DNA of 64,000 nt from contig JBGAHS010000004.1 of NCBI GenBank assembly GCA_044226015.1, positions 352,001 to 416,000 of the forward strand, in the 5' to 3' direction. This DNA comes from Candidatus Obscuribacteraceae bacterium (GTDB lineage: Bacteria > Cyanobacteriota > Vampirovibrionia > Obscuribacterales > Obscuribacteraceae). Of this stretch, positions 1 to 11,800 are shown piece after piece. Position numbers and translations under genes: made by a program. The notes beneath the pieces are model-generated. The model was not told the DNA's origin and did not search any database. It worked only from the letters and a program-made list of their open reading frames with translations. Position 1 is the stretch's first letter, and each line of letters starts with the position of its first letter.

Positions 1-2
1 TC

Positions 3-854
3 AGTACCTATTTAGTTGCTAAATCTGGGCAAAACGAAATTTGGGACGAGATTGTCTCTACCAATGATCGCGCGATTGAACTTGCCTTGAATGGTGCAGA
101 GGAAGGGACGCTGGTTCTTGCTCGAAAGCAGACTGCTGGAAGAGGACGACAAGGGCGTACCTGGGTTTCGCCTCGCGATGCCGGCATCTTTATGAGCTTT
201 ATTTTTCGCCCAAAACTGGAAGCACAAATGCTTCCGCTTTTCAGTTTTGTTGCTGCAGTTGCAGCAGCGACTGCAATTGAAAATGTTACTGGAACCAAGA
301 TAGGATTGAAATGGGTCAATGACCTCGTATATGGTGGCAAGAAGTTGGGTGGTATTCTCGCTGAGATGCCAGGTTCTCAACGCTCTGTGGCCCGACCATC
401 GAGTGCAGAGGCTAATGAAGCCAGCTTGCGTGACGGAGCCCAAAGCCCCCATTGGTTATTGCCACCAGCTTTAATTCTTGGAATGGGAATGAATCTTTCT
501 CTTGAAGGCATAGAATTGCCTGCGGAATTGCAGGGCAAAGTTGAGTCGCTCGATAATATCTGTGGTGGCAAAGTTGATGCAAATCAAATTGTTGCTGAAC
601 TCTGTAATTCTCTTGAAGAGCAATACAATCATTTGCGGCATAGCACACCAGAATTGGTAATCGACGAGTGGAAGAAATACTCGCATACACTGGGCAAGAG
701 AATTCGGGCAAGTGTAGGAAATGAAGAACTCGAAGGCACCGCTAGTGATATCACCCCATCAGGAGCACTTGTGCTGACGCAAGATGATGGTTCTGTGCGT
801 ATACTGCATGCTGGCGAGATAAGCATCAGGATGCAGGACGGCACGTACAGTTGA
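3..854 (+). CDS. birA: Biotin--[acetyl-CoA-carboxylase] ligase (5' end lies outside the window)
   Basis: The frame is open from position 3 and contains STND, QTAGRGRQGRTW and KWVNDL...KKLGGIL, plus a C-terminal SH3-like domain (GALVL...AGEI). Confidence 0.95.
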   Translation, partial: STYLVAKSGQNEIWDEIVSTNDRAIELALNGAEEGTLVLARKQTAGRGRQGRTWVSPRDAGIFMSFIFRPKLEAQMLPLFSFVAAVAAATAIENVTGTKIGLKWVNDLVYGGKKLGGILAEMPGSQRSVARPSSAEANEASLRDGAQSPHWLLPPALILGMGMNLSLEGIELPAELQGKVESLDNICGGKVDANQIVAELCNSLEEQYNHLRHSTPELVIDEWKKYSHTLGKRIRASVGNEELEGTASDITPSGALVLTQDDGSVRILHAGEISIRMQDGTYS

Positions 855-952
855 CGAGTCTCCAGTCTGATCCTTTTTAGATTACGTCGAATTCTTTCGT
901 CGCTTCTTGCATCTAGAGAACCAAGTTCTAATAACAACCTTCCGAGAAGTGC

Positions 953-1861
953 TTAGGTTTGGCTCGCATCCGATGCTGATTCAGGAATTGAATGGTGTGT
1001 GTGCTCGAAGATTCCGAGTTTCTTAAACAGTAGGTATCCAATAAAGGCAGTAGAACAGAAGCCAAAGAATTCAAATTTTGCATCCGAATGAAGTATGGTG
1101 AAAACAGAGTTTGTCTCTAGAGTTCCTCCCTTATAGTTCACTACAGATGCTGTGAATACGTTCTGTGCAACGTGGCAACCTATTGATAGTTCCAGGCTTC
1201 TAGATTCAATTGTGATGAAGGTAAGAAAGAAGCCGATGCTGAAATAGGTTAAGAAGCCAAAGATAAGATCAGCGGAAATTTCCGGGTTCGCCATATGGGG
1301 CAAACCAAATAGAATTCCAATCAATGAAGAAAGAAGTATTGCATTCTTGCTGAAACGAGACAGCGCTTGCAGAATATATCCCCTAAAAAACAATTCCTCA
1401 GAACCTGCCTGCAAAAAAGTTAAAGGAACTATCAGCGGAAGTTGAGCAAGAATTTCTGGTTTAAAAGAAAATGCATACTCTGACGGTCGAAGCAGATAAC
1501 CGATAAGTTGAGCTACCCCATTTAGCATAAACCAGCATAAGGCGCCTATTCCCATTACTTTCCAGTTTATTATGGCAGACGGCGTAATTAGCGTCTTGCA
1601 TTTTCTACCGTGCAAAAATGCAGTACTCATAAACACAGAAATAGTTAGTGGCGAGAACGAGGCACAACTTGCAACGTATTCTCGAAACTCGTTTTTTGGG
1701 AACTTTGATGGGTAGATAATTGCTGGACAAATAAGAAATGCGAGTATGGAACCCAGAACAATCCAGCAAAACAAAATGATCGGAAGCGCGACAGCATAGC
1801 GCCACGCCGCCTGCTTTCCGGTGCTCGAAATGTCTAGAAATTCGTTTGTAGAGTTTGTCAT
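953..1861 (-). CDS. CPBP/Abi (CAAX protease-like) intramembrane glutamic endopeptidase
   Basis: Multi-TM protein with EELFFRG, FGLPH and HVAQN motifs. Confidence 0.9.
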   Translation of the reverse strand: MTNSTNEFLDISSTGKQAAWRYAVALPIILFCWIVLGSILAFLICPAIIYPSKFPKNEFREYVASCASFSPLTISVFMSTAFLHGRKCKTLITPSAIINWKVMGIGALCWFMLNGVAQLIGYLLRPSEYAFSFKPEILAQLPLIVPLTFLQAGSEELFFRGYILQALSRFSKNAILLSSLIGILFGLPHMANPEISADLIFGFLTYFSIGFFLTFITIESRSLELSIGCHVAQNVFTASVVNYKGGTLETNSVFTILHSDAKFEFFGFCSTAFIGYLLFKKLGIFEHTHHSIPESASDASQT

Positions 1862-2108
1862 CGTCTAGCCCGTATATGTGATAGCAGATTGAAGAGAATA
1901 GATATGCAAAATCGCAAGCATGCTTATCTTACAAGATCGAGATCGAGTGTTTTGGTGCGCTCTTCTATAAAATTGCCACAAGGAGGAAAGCTCACCGTTG
2001 TTGGGGGCTAATGGTTTGTCATTAGCAATTGCATTCTCAAATGCTCTTGCCGCTGGTGGTCAGGTTAATCTGATGGAATCTGAATTCATGTTCTCCCAAT
2101 GCTTTTCA

Positions 2109-2385
2109 TTCAAGCTTAATGTCTGAAAAGCATCGGTGCGTAACGAAAAAAAGAATGATTAAGGCTCGCTTATGATTAGCGGCTGTTATCAAGATCGTCT
2201 GTGTTATCCTCACATTCAAGTGTAAGAGCCAATCAGTCGGGAGCTCCAGCTTGAACGGAGTAAAAGAATGTTTCCCCTCTTTGATGACAACGACGATGGT
2301 TCGTCGTGGCATTGCTACTAATTTTTTGATTCTTTTGAATCTGATTTCCTTTGTGTTGCAAGCGATCGATCCATCTTGGACGTTG
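2109..2385 (+). pseudogene. Diverged copy of the rhomboid upstream region and 5' end (copy of ~12249-12526), frameshifted and truncated
   Basis: Shares aagagccaatcagtcggg...gaacggagtaaaagaatgtttcccctctttgatgacaacgacgatgg with the intact locus. It has a 2-nt deletion (tcgtcgtggc vs tcgtcgtgtggc). Confidence 0.9.
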
Positions 2386-2648
2386 TTGCGGAACTCTGTA
2401 ATTCTCTTGAAGAGCAATACAATCATTTGCGGCATGGCACACCAGAATTGGTAATTGACGAGTGGAAGGAATACTCGCATACACTGGGCAAGAGAATTCG
2501 GGCAAGTGTAGGAAATGAAGAACTCGAAGGCAACGCGAGTGATATCACCTCATCAGGAGCACTTGTGCTGACGCAAGATGATGGTTCTGTGCGTATACTG
2601 CATGCTGGCGAGATAAGCATCAGGATGCAGGACGGCACGTACAGTTAG
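2383..2648 (+). pseudogene. birA: Duplicated 3' fragment of birA (copy of ~589-854)
   Basis: Near-identical translation VAELCNSLEEQYNHLRH...RMQDGTYS with a few substitutions; stop is TAG instead of TGA; catalytic N-terminal part absent. Confidence 0.92.
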
Positions 2649-2845
2649 TAATTCTGCACGCTAATAACCACCAGCTAAACTGAATGAAATCGCCTCGCTG
2701 GAATGCTAAACAAGCAGGTCAACTAACAGTTGCGCTAAAGGCTACAGATAAAACCGTTGCGAACGTCAAAAAAAAGATGCTTTACTACCTGTAAATGTGC
2801 GAAAATAGATATAGACGTTAATGCTATTGCCTACAGATTGAAGCA

Positions 2846-5800
2846 ATGCGCAAATTTCATTTCGCATCACTATCTCTGCTCTCCTTTTTGAGCCTTTACT
2901 TCGGGCTGTATACAGCTGCACGAGCTGAAACTCCTTCTCCTCTCGATCGGACTGGCTTTCGACCGGGAGCGCAGGCTCCTCAAGCTGGTTCTAATTTGTA
3001 TCTTGGCGAACGCGCCATTCGGGTAGTAGATTTCAGCAAATCTCCGGTATTGGATATCAGAGGTAACCTTAATGTAAGTCGTGGCGCAATCCTCTACGCG
3101 GTTTCAACGAATCCGGCAATCGACACCGCAATAATCAGAGCCTACAGCATTTTCAACAGTGGATTGATTACTACTGTTCTTCCTCAAGGCGGAATTTCAG
3201 GATACTCAAATGCAATTCCGGGGCTAAATCTTTCTCTCATAGCGACTCACAAGTTGATTAATTCAGGACAAATCAGCAGTGCGGGAAACCTCAACCTTTG
3301 CGCTGGAGAATTGCTTAGCAATGGAAACAATTCCATTGTGCAAGCAATAAATAACCTGAATGTTTTCACTCCCGTTTTAGTCAATGCTGGAACAATGAGT
3401 GCGCAAAATTCCAACGTCACCATCAATAGTGCTTCATTGCTTTCGGCGACACTGAATAATTTGCCAAATTCTGCGGAACTAACCAACACCCTCAGCAATA
3501 GTTCGTTGAGCAACATATCGACGCAAATAACTAACAGCGGCTCGATACTAGCAGCTGCCGGAAACATCGATATCTCAGCAATAGCTGGCTCCGCACTAGC
3601 AATCGATAACAACCGTGGACTTATTAAATCCACCGGCGGCGACATTTCATTAGACGGCTCGTACGGCAAGAATGTTAGTTTGTTCGGTGGTACTATGCAA
3701 GGGGAAGCAGTCGCTGCCACTGCACCTGGTGCAAAGGTTGATCTCCATGCAGAAAGAATTGATGGAGCTGTTACTATCACTGGAGCCGTTGCCGCCGCAT
3801 CTGCTGAGCATGGCGACCTCAACATAGCTCAACTAAAACTTAGTGACGATCCTATCTTTGCGCTACGAGGGGGCGGCACTCTCACCATACAGGGGTTCTC
3901 CGCCGCATCTGCTAGTGACTTTGTGGCTTTGTCAGAGGGCGATATTGTCCTCTCTGGGACTGTCAATACCTCTGGTGGTTCGATAACTGCTGTGGCTGGG
4001 CACCTCTTCAAGGGTGAAAATGGTGACCCCTGTACGCACTGTTCCGGGAAATATTCAATACTAGGGTCGTCACCCAGTGGCGGTACCCTGACAATCAAAA
4101 CTGTGAATCTCGAGGCAGGTTCTAACAGCGTAACGCTTCAGGCAGATAAGCTCTACGTCGATTTCATACCAGGACCTGCTGCAAATGTCTATTCCCGGAT
4201 TCATGGAGGAAAAATCGTCATCAATGCGGATTCGATTGGTTTTGATAGCGTTCATCTCACTGTTTCTGCCGACGGTGCCACGGGGGGCACTGTTGATATT
4301 TCCACAACAAACACTCTAGCCATCGGAAATCGAATGGAGATTCATGCTGACGGAAGCAGTGGATCTGGCGGAAGAATCAGTATTAACTCAACTGCTGACA
4401 TTCTCTTGGTATCGCCGCAAGCGCTGACGGTAGACGCTTATGGTAGTGGCACTGGCGGTACTATTTCGTTAAGCAGCACCGATAGTATAGCCTTGTCTTC
4501 TTTAGCAATTAAGGCTGGTAACAACGGAGACGGAGGTAAGATAATCCTTTCTGGAGCAGATGTAGGCGCATTTGGCCATGCTGATTTGTCGGTAAACGGA
4601 AGTGGTGCTGGTTCTGGTGGGCAGATTTCGCTTCATGCAAAAGGTTCAGTGTTACTAGGTTCGAGTGAAGACCTGCAACTAGACTCACTTTCACTCTCGG
4701 CCACAGGCGGCTCCGCCAATTCATCTGCCGGTGACGGAGGTTCAATTCAAGTTAGCGCATTTGGTCTTGTCGTAGATCCTAACTCTTTGAATGTAAAAGC
4801 TCTGGGAAATCAGGGAAAAGGCGGCACGATAGACTTGTCGTCATCGTTTCGAGACCTCACTCTAAATGGCTCGATTGAAGCAAATGGACCTACGGGTGGT
4901 GGTAGCATAAAAATAAACACCGAAACACTCAAGCTTCCAACAGATCGCTCCGTATCGCTTACAGCATGCTCACTTGCAAGCGGGACCGGAGGCTCTATAT
5001 CCGTTACGAGCAGCATGAGCACGCAATATCTTTTGCTAGGACACGATAACGGTAATTTGAACATCAATACTGACGGATACAATGACGGAGGAACTGTTGC
5101 TGTCTCCGTTGCAAACTTGTCGATTGGAAGCGGCGGAATCTCAAGCCAGGGGCTTAATGGTGGAAGTGTTGATCTCAAAAGCGATGTAATTACGATAGGT
5201 TCAAACTCTATCAACTGCTCCGGATCGTCAGGTGTGGGTGGGCACATCACGATTAAGAGTAAGGATTTAACACTTGTCGATTCCAGTCTTGATGCTAGTG
5301 CATACAATGGCGGAATTATCGAAATAAGTTCTGACAAAATTACTGCTTACGGCAAAAACCTGATCAATGTTTCTGGCACCTTGCTGAGTAAGGGCGGACT
5401 AGTCTCTATTCAAACAAGTGGTTCACTAGCTCTGGGTGACCAATCAGGTCAGATAGAGTTATCTTCAATTGGTGGAGGCAATCAAGTCGTCGTGGATGCG
5501 AAAGAGGATCTTTCTCTTTTTGAAAATGCGTTTGATATAAGTCAAAGCAACAATCCCTTTGGTGGTGCAAGTATTACACTGAGTGCTGGTAAGACGTTGT
5601 CTCTATTTGATGGTATCAATGTATCTGGAACAGCAAATGGAAATGGTGGCATCATCACTATTTCAGCTAGCACATTGGCTTTGGCACAAGACAAAAATAT
5701 TCATCTGTCGGCGAATGCAGCGGGAATTGGTTCAGGCGGAACAGTAAAAATCACTACGGGGAACCCCCTTTCTATTTCTAATGCAGCAGGCAACTTATCT

Positions 5801-8800
5801 CTGTCTGCAACCGGTGGCTCTGAATTAGCAGCTTCGGGAAACGGAGGCTCGATTCAAATTTCATCGAGTGGGCCATTAGATTTATCGGCAGAAGCTATTA
5901 GCGTTGCTCCTTTAGGTCTTTCTGGGACAGGAGGAAATTATGATTTTAAAACAAGCGCCGATTTCATTTTGCATGGCTCGTTGAGTGCCGATGCAGCCGC
6001 TAACGGAGGAAATGGCGGAGTCATCAATATTTTTGCGGCTAAATCTTTTATTGCTGATAATGGAAGTGCAATTACGGCTCGGGCGTTTGGCGGAAATGGT
6101 AATGGCGGGAAAATTTCAGCCACATTTTTTACACAAACAATTCAGGGGACCTGCTTAAGCGGATTGCAGGTTATTGCTGATGCTAGTGGAAATGGTGCTG
6201 GGGGACAGATTTCACTTAGCACTGCGAGAATTCTTGGCTCCCCTGTAGTAGGTGGCGATATTTTGCTCGGAGAATCTGCGGGCGAAATCTCTCTGAGTGC
6301 AAGATCTTCCGGTTTGTCCACCGGTGGTTGTATCACTGTTCTTGCTCAAAATAATATAACGGTTAATCAGAATGCTATCGCGCTAAATGGACTTTCTCCA
6401 AGCGGTGGCTCGGGAAGATTGATTTTAGTTTCTTCTTACAATAATTACGGGGCGAATTTTGCTGGAAAGCTAACAGTGAATGGAAGTATTAGCATACTAA
6501 ATTCTTCCGGACTTCCAGCAGGAGAGATTTATCTCTCTGCAGGACGAAATGGAATTAGAGATACCACATTCGGTATCACAATCAATAGCGATCTCCAAGC
6601 CGGCTTGATCAGCGTAGTAAATTGGGGGGATAAAAACTCAACGACTGTCGTCCGGGGTGGCGTGTCGTTAACCGGAAACACGGTTGCCATAGCCACTCCG
6701 AGCTTAATCGTAGACGGTGATGATACAGCGAAGATTTCCATTAATGCTCAAAATCTTGCAATCGCTGTGCAAACCCCTGGAGCATCAAATAAATTGGTAT
6801 TAGGGCTCGCAACGACACCCGGTACCGTTTCAATCTTGTTGCCCGACGGTATGCAACAAAACGATCCGAATTTTGTTCTTCGCGCAGGTGTTTTATATCT
6901 CGGATCCAATGGAGAGATTCCGATCACAACCATAGATGACAGTCTGTATGGCTCGACAACAGAAAATTATAAGGTTAGTGGAACTGGCAGTTTTGGTTCA
7001 GCCATTGCTCCGCTGAAAATCGACACTGTTAATTTGGAAGTACATTCGGGGGGCGATGCCTATCTAGAGAATAAGTCTCAAAGCGCAGCAGCGACTATTT
7101 ATGTGAGTGGTGAAGCTCAGGGAAATCTTGATTTGACCACAGACGTCCCGCTGTTTGTGGGAAGTCAACAGCCGATCATTGCCTCGAAATTGTTTATTAA
7201 TGCCGGTGTCCAGGCAATTCTCCAGCTAGTTATTACTGATTACCTAAGTATCAAAAGTACCGGCTACGCAACTGCCTTAGTAAAAAAGAACTCTGCGCCA
7301 TTCATCGAAATAGGCGATAGTAGCGGTGCGCCCCTGTTAGTCACTAGTGATGATGCAATTTACGTAAACGGTAACCTGTCGGGAAGCGAAATTGTAGTTA
7401 ATAGCAAGAGCAGTTTGATAGTCAATGGAAATGCAGAGGCAAAACCCTCCGGACTGCAAAACGGACTTGTGGCATTTACTGGCAAGCTAGGACTGGAATT
7501 GAACGGCTCTATCGTTTCTGAAAATACAGAATTATCTACCAACGGACTAGCGAAGATTTCAGGTGACAATAGCTCGAAATCCTTATTCGTAACAAGCAAA
7601 GACTGCATTCAGCTTCCAAGTTCAAAGATTAGCACCGATTTCTTAGCAGCTTATTGTGGGTCTGTCGACCTTCAATCAAGCGACAACAGTATTTCACGTT
7701 TGATGCTGCAGTCCGCTGGAACTGGAAAGTTAAGCAGTACTATTCCCATTGAGATAATTCTGGATAAAACTTTGGTTTTTAACCCAGATCTAAACAAGAT
7801 GAATAGTGTTGCCGGCGATTTTGTAGTGAATGCTCCAGGGCTCATCTTTTCGGGACCGCTTGAAGTCGGAGCAAACCTCATTCTCCAATCAAATGCTGTG
7901 AATCATAGTTTCAGCGTTGGTTTGAATGAAGCTGGTTCTCTGAATGCCGTTGGAGCAATTCTAATCAATCAAGAAACATTCGGTCCTGTTTCAATCGGAA
8001 CGTTAACACCTGGTGGCTTGCAATTTGGAGGCAGTCATCTTTTGTCTTTTGCTGCTGGTGCCGCTGTTACTCCAAGCGTGGTTTCGTCCTCTGGTCCCAT
8101 CAAGTACACTCACGATGCAGCCGGTCAAATCCTCACAAGTGGCGGTTCGCTCGTTTTCTCAGGAAAAACATCTTTTGCAAGCACCACCGCAATTCAATCT
8201 GTGTTCGGCGCAAGTGAAGTTGAAGCCGCATCGAGCGTCGATGTCACAGGTGACTTAACTGTAAGAGCAAATGCAATCATCAATCCAAACGGGTTTAAAG
8301 CAAGCGGAATAATATATTTCGACCTTCAACTTGGTCGAACTATTACAAATCCTAATGGCGACATAGTTTTGACAAGCAACATGCTGATCAATAGTGGAGG
8401 ATCAAGTTTAACTCTTCTTGCAGCCGGTAACATTGTCGCAAATGGCGTTCCATCGATAAATCTAAGCACGGCGAAGGGGCTTGGTGGACAGCTGAACATC
8501 TTTGCTGGTTCTGCATTTGAGCAGGACCCGTTAGATCAAAGCAAATATCTGGTCACTGGCGCTTCCACCATGGGCGGTGACATATCACTTTCTAAGGTTT
8601 CTATAAATACCAGTTCAACAAGCAAATTATTTACAGCTGTAGATGGTGGAGATGTAAACCTTATCGCAAACCCCGGTACAGCTGCCCACGGCACTATCAG
8701 CGTGGGTGAGATAAACACTAGCTCGGCTTACGGAACCGCTGGTAATGTCAACATTATCGGTGCTGGTGGTATCACAGTGAGTGGTAGCATAAACACGACG

Positions 8801-11800
8801 GGGGCAGCGTCAGGAGCCAATGTTCTCTTAGCCGGATCTAGTGCCAAATATCCTATCGAGTTGAGCCATAGTCGAACCATTCAGGAGCACAGCATCTTCA
8901 GCACAGGCAGTGTCACAAGTGGCTCAGCGATTTTTGTTAGCGGTGGTATAAGTACTGGTTCAAGCCAGGGAAATGGAGGAGATATTTCAATTTATGCTGC
9001 CACAAAGATTCAAACCGGTTCCCTCACTAGTTCATCTGTACGACATAGCGGCAATATTGTAATCGGCTGTAATGATGGTTCCATATTCACAGGGGAGGTA
9101 AACACTAGCGCTTTGCCCTCTTCAGATAGTGCAGTCGCTGGCGCTGGTGGCAACTTTAAATTGCTCACTGGCGGTTCAGCCAAGATAAACGGCAGTGTGA
9201 TAACAACTGGAGGCATCCCTCTAGCTGCTGCGCATGCAATTTTAGGTGATGGTGGCAAAATTGAAATTTATGGCAAGAAAATCGGCAACGTCGGGTATGG
9301 AAGCGTTGTCATTAAAGGATACCTGGATTCTTCGGGTGGTTCATGTTCTGATTGCCCACTCTCCACTGGTGGCGCAGCTGGTGGCATATTAATTGATGTA
9401 GGCTCAATTCAAGTTGCCGGTGTGAAAGCTAATAAGACGGGGCCAGCTAGCATAATTGCATCGGGTGGCAGTTCACTGGCGCATAGCGGTAGCAATGGAA
9501 ACGTTCTAATCTCAACCTATGGTACGCAAGAGCTTCCTTCAAACTTGAATCTAGGATCGTCTCTCCTAACTGAATTTGCTTTACCAGGTGCCGCTTTCAC
9601 TGTGGGCAACCCGACGCTGGTTAATGGGACACGCGGTATAATTATCAGCGGTAGTTCTGTAGTTAAGAACAACACACCAGGGACTGGAGGAATAACTGCC
9701 AATTTTATCAGTGCCGATTCAACTCCTGGCGGATTCAAGGTTGGAAGCGTTAGTATCGTTCCCTCTGGTGGCAAAGAATCGATAAATCTTGGTGGCAACC
9801 TCGTTAATATCACTCAAGGTTCTACAAGCAGAACCAAGGTGACAGCAGCTGAGGCTCTTGTTCTTTATTTGCTTGTCCGAGGAGAATCTCAGTCAATTGG
9901 TCTGAATGGCAAAGGACAATTGACCGAATCCAATCCAGCAGGGGCAAGCAGTAATGTTGTAATTCATTCTGCTGATATTCCCCCTGCAATAACAGCTCTG
10001 AATCTTAAACCAATCGATTCTCAAAAGGGAATTGACTTTACTATTAACGGCGACTACCCGACTCTTACCCTGACTGGTACTGCCAGTAATATCAATGGCA
10101 ATCTCCTCTTCAACACCGGTGGAACCGTCGCCAGTGTTTTTTCAAGCATGCCACTGCGCGTAGCGGCTGCTGGCTCGATAACAAGCGATGCTGATTTATC
10201 TATTTCATCGACCGTAAGCAAAGGTGCTCTCTCGATTGTAAACAACGGAACTATTTCTGCCAAAAACATAATTCCAATCGCAGCATCTGCCGGAATTAGC
10301 ATTGAAAATAATTCTGGTGGTTCTTTAATCGCGAATTCAATTTTGATTCCCACGTCTTTTCTCCCAAACCGCATCACGGTTAACAGCCGCGGTGTATTTC
10401 AAAACGCGAAGCTAGTCTTCGACAATTCGACTTTTCCCCTGTCAATTACAGGGGGTAATTCTGCGAATTTAACCGGTGCGGGGAATTCCCCTTTGACGAT
10501 TAGGTTAGGCGTTAAGGGCGATGTCTCTTTAGCGGGAAATTTAGCTAGTTCTAGCTCGATAGACATTTCTGCAACAACCATCAATTCGCAGCCGACAAAT
10601 TTGACTGTGGAGAATGGTGCACAGATTAGTTCTCCAAAGCAAGTTTTGATTTCTGCCACAGGCAGTTTGAATATCAAAACTAATGCCACCATCAAGAGCG
10701 GAACCGACTTGAAACTCTCCGGACTCGGCATTTCTATTTTCCCCTCCGGAACTTTAGAAGCTGTGACAGGGCTGGCAATCGACGCAAAAGGAGGACCTTT
10801 AGATTTCGCGGGATCAGTCTCTAGCTCTCGTGGTGTCGTTAGTCTAAGTTCGTCTGCAGCAGTCTCGCTTGATGGAAAATTGGTCGCTGGAACGACCAAT
10901 GGAAACCTTCCATTTCAGCCCTTGCTCAACAAACTGGCAGCCTCTTCCATAAAAATTGTTGGCGCTTCCGTCGATCTAGGAACGCGGCAGAATACAGAAA
11001 TCACTGCATCCGGTGGGGATGTAAATATTGTTGCCAAAAGCGGTGATCTGATACTTGGGTCGGCAAGCGGCAAGAATTCAATGCAAGCATACGGCGGCAA
11101 TGTGATTCTGTTGGCTAAGGGGAATATCCTTGGTGCGTCGGGTAATGTGATCAAGGCTAGTTCGCAAGGTGGCAGCTCTGCCATTGGTGGTGGCATAGAG
11201 TTAGGAGCTGGTGTGACTAACAGCTCTATTTGGACGGCTAATTCACAGAAATCGGGAACTGTAAAAGGAGTTTTTGCAAGTGATTATGACCTGCGAAATC
11301 CAACCAGTGGCGCCAATACTAGTGGCGTTGTTTTGTCCACTTCCAATGGTAGTCCGGCGACAACAGCAAATATCAATCTAAGCAGCTCAGGTTCCCAGCA
11401 AGCAATTCTAGAGCTTCAAGGCGGAAAGCAAGTCTTTCACGCAACTGGGAGTGCTAACAAAATCAATCTGGATGGAGGCTCTTTCTCCGTAACTTCGTTA
11501 AAGCCAGTTTGTCTTAGATCAGAATCGGATATTCGTCTTCGCAATTTAGTCAGTGAGAATAATTTGAATGAAATGAAGGCTAGAACAATAGCGCATTTAA
11601 TAACAGAGGGAAGCGATGAGATTCTCGCATTGCAGGCTGAGGATGAACAAAATCATTTGAAAGCAGCACAATCAGAAATTGTGCTTCACAACGCCAATGT
11701 ATTTATACGACCGGTGGTGAAAACGATGCTTATATCTAAGTTTGGAACTATTGAATGCAGAAAAGGGGCGCAGCTTTACCTCGTTTGTGACGAAAGTAGC

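Noticed and set aside
2106..2505. Minus-strand ORFs across the duplicated segment (also 12276-12503)
   Set aside because: They are shadows of the birA and rhomboid copies; substitutions between copies are not concentrated at synonymous sites.
3247..11196. Many minus-strand ORFs inside the giant gene
   Set aside because: They are antisense shadows with no recognisable motifs.
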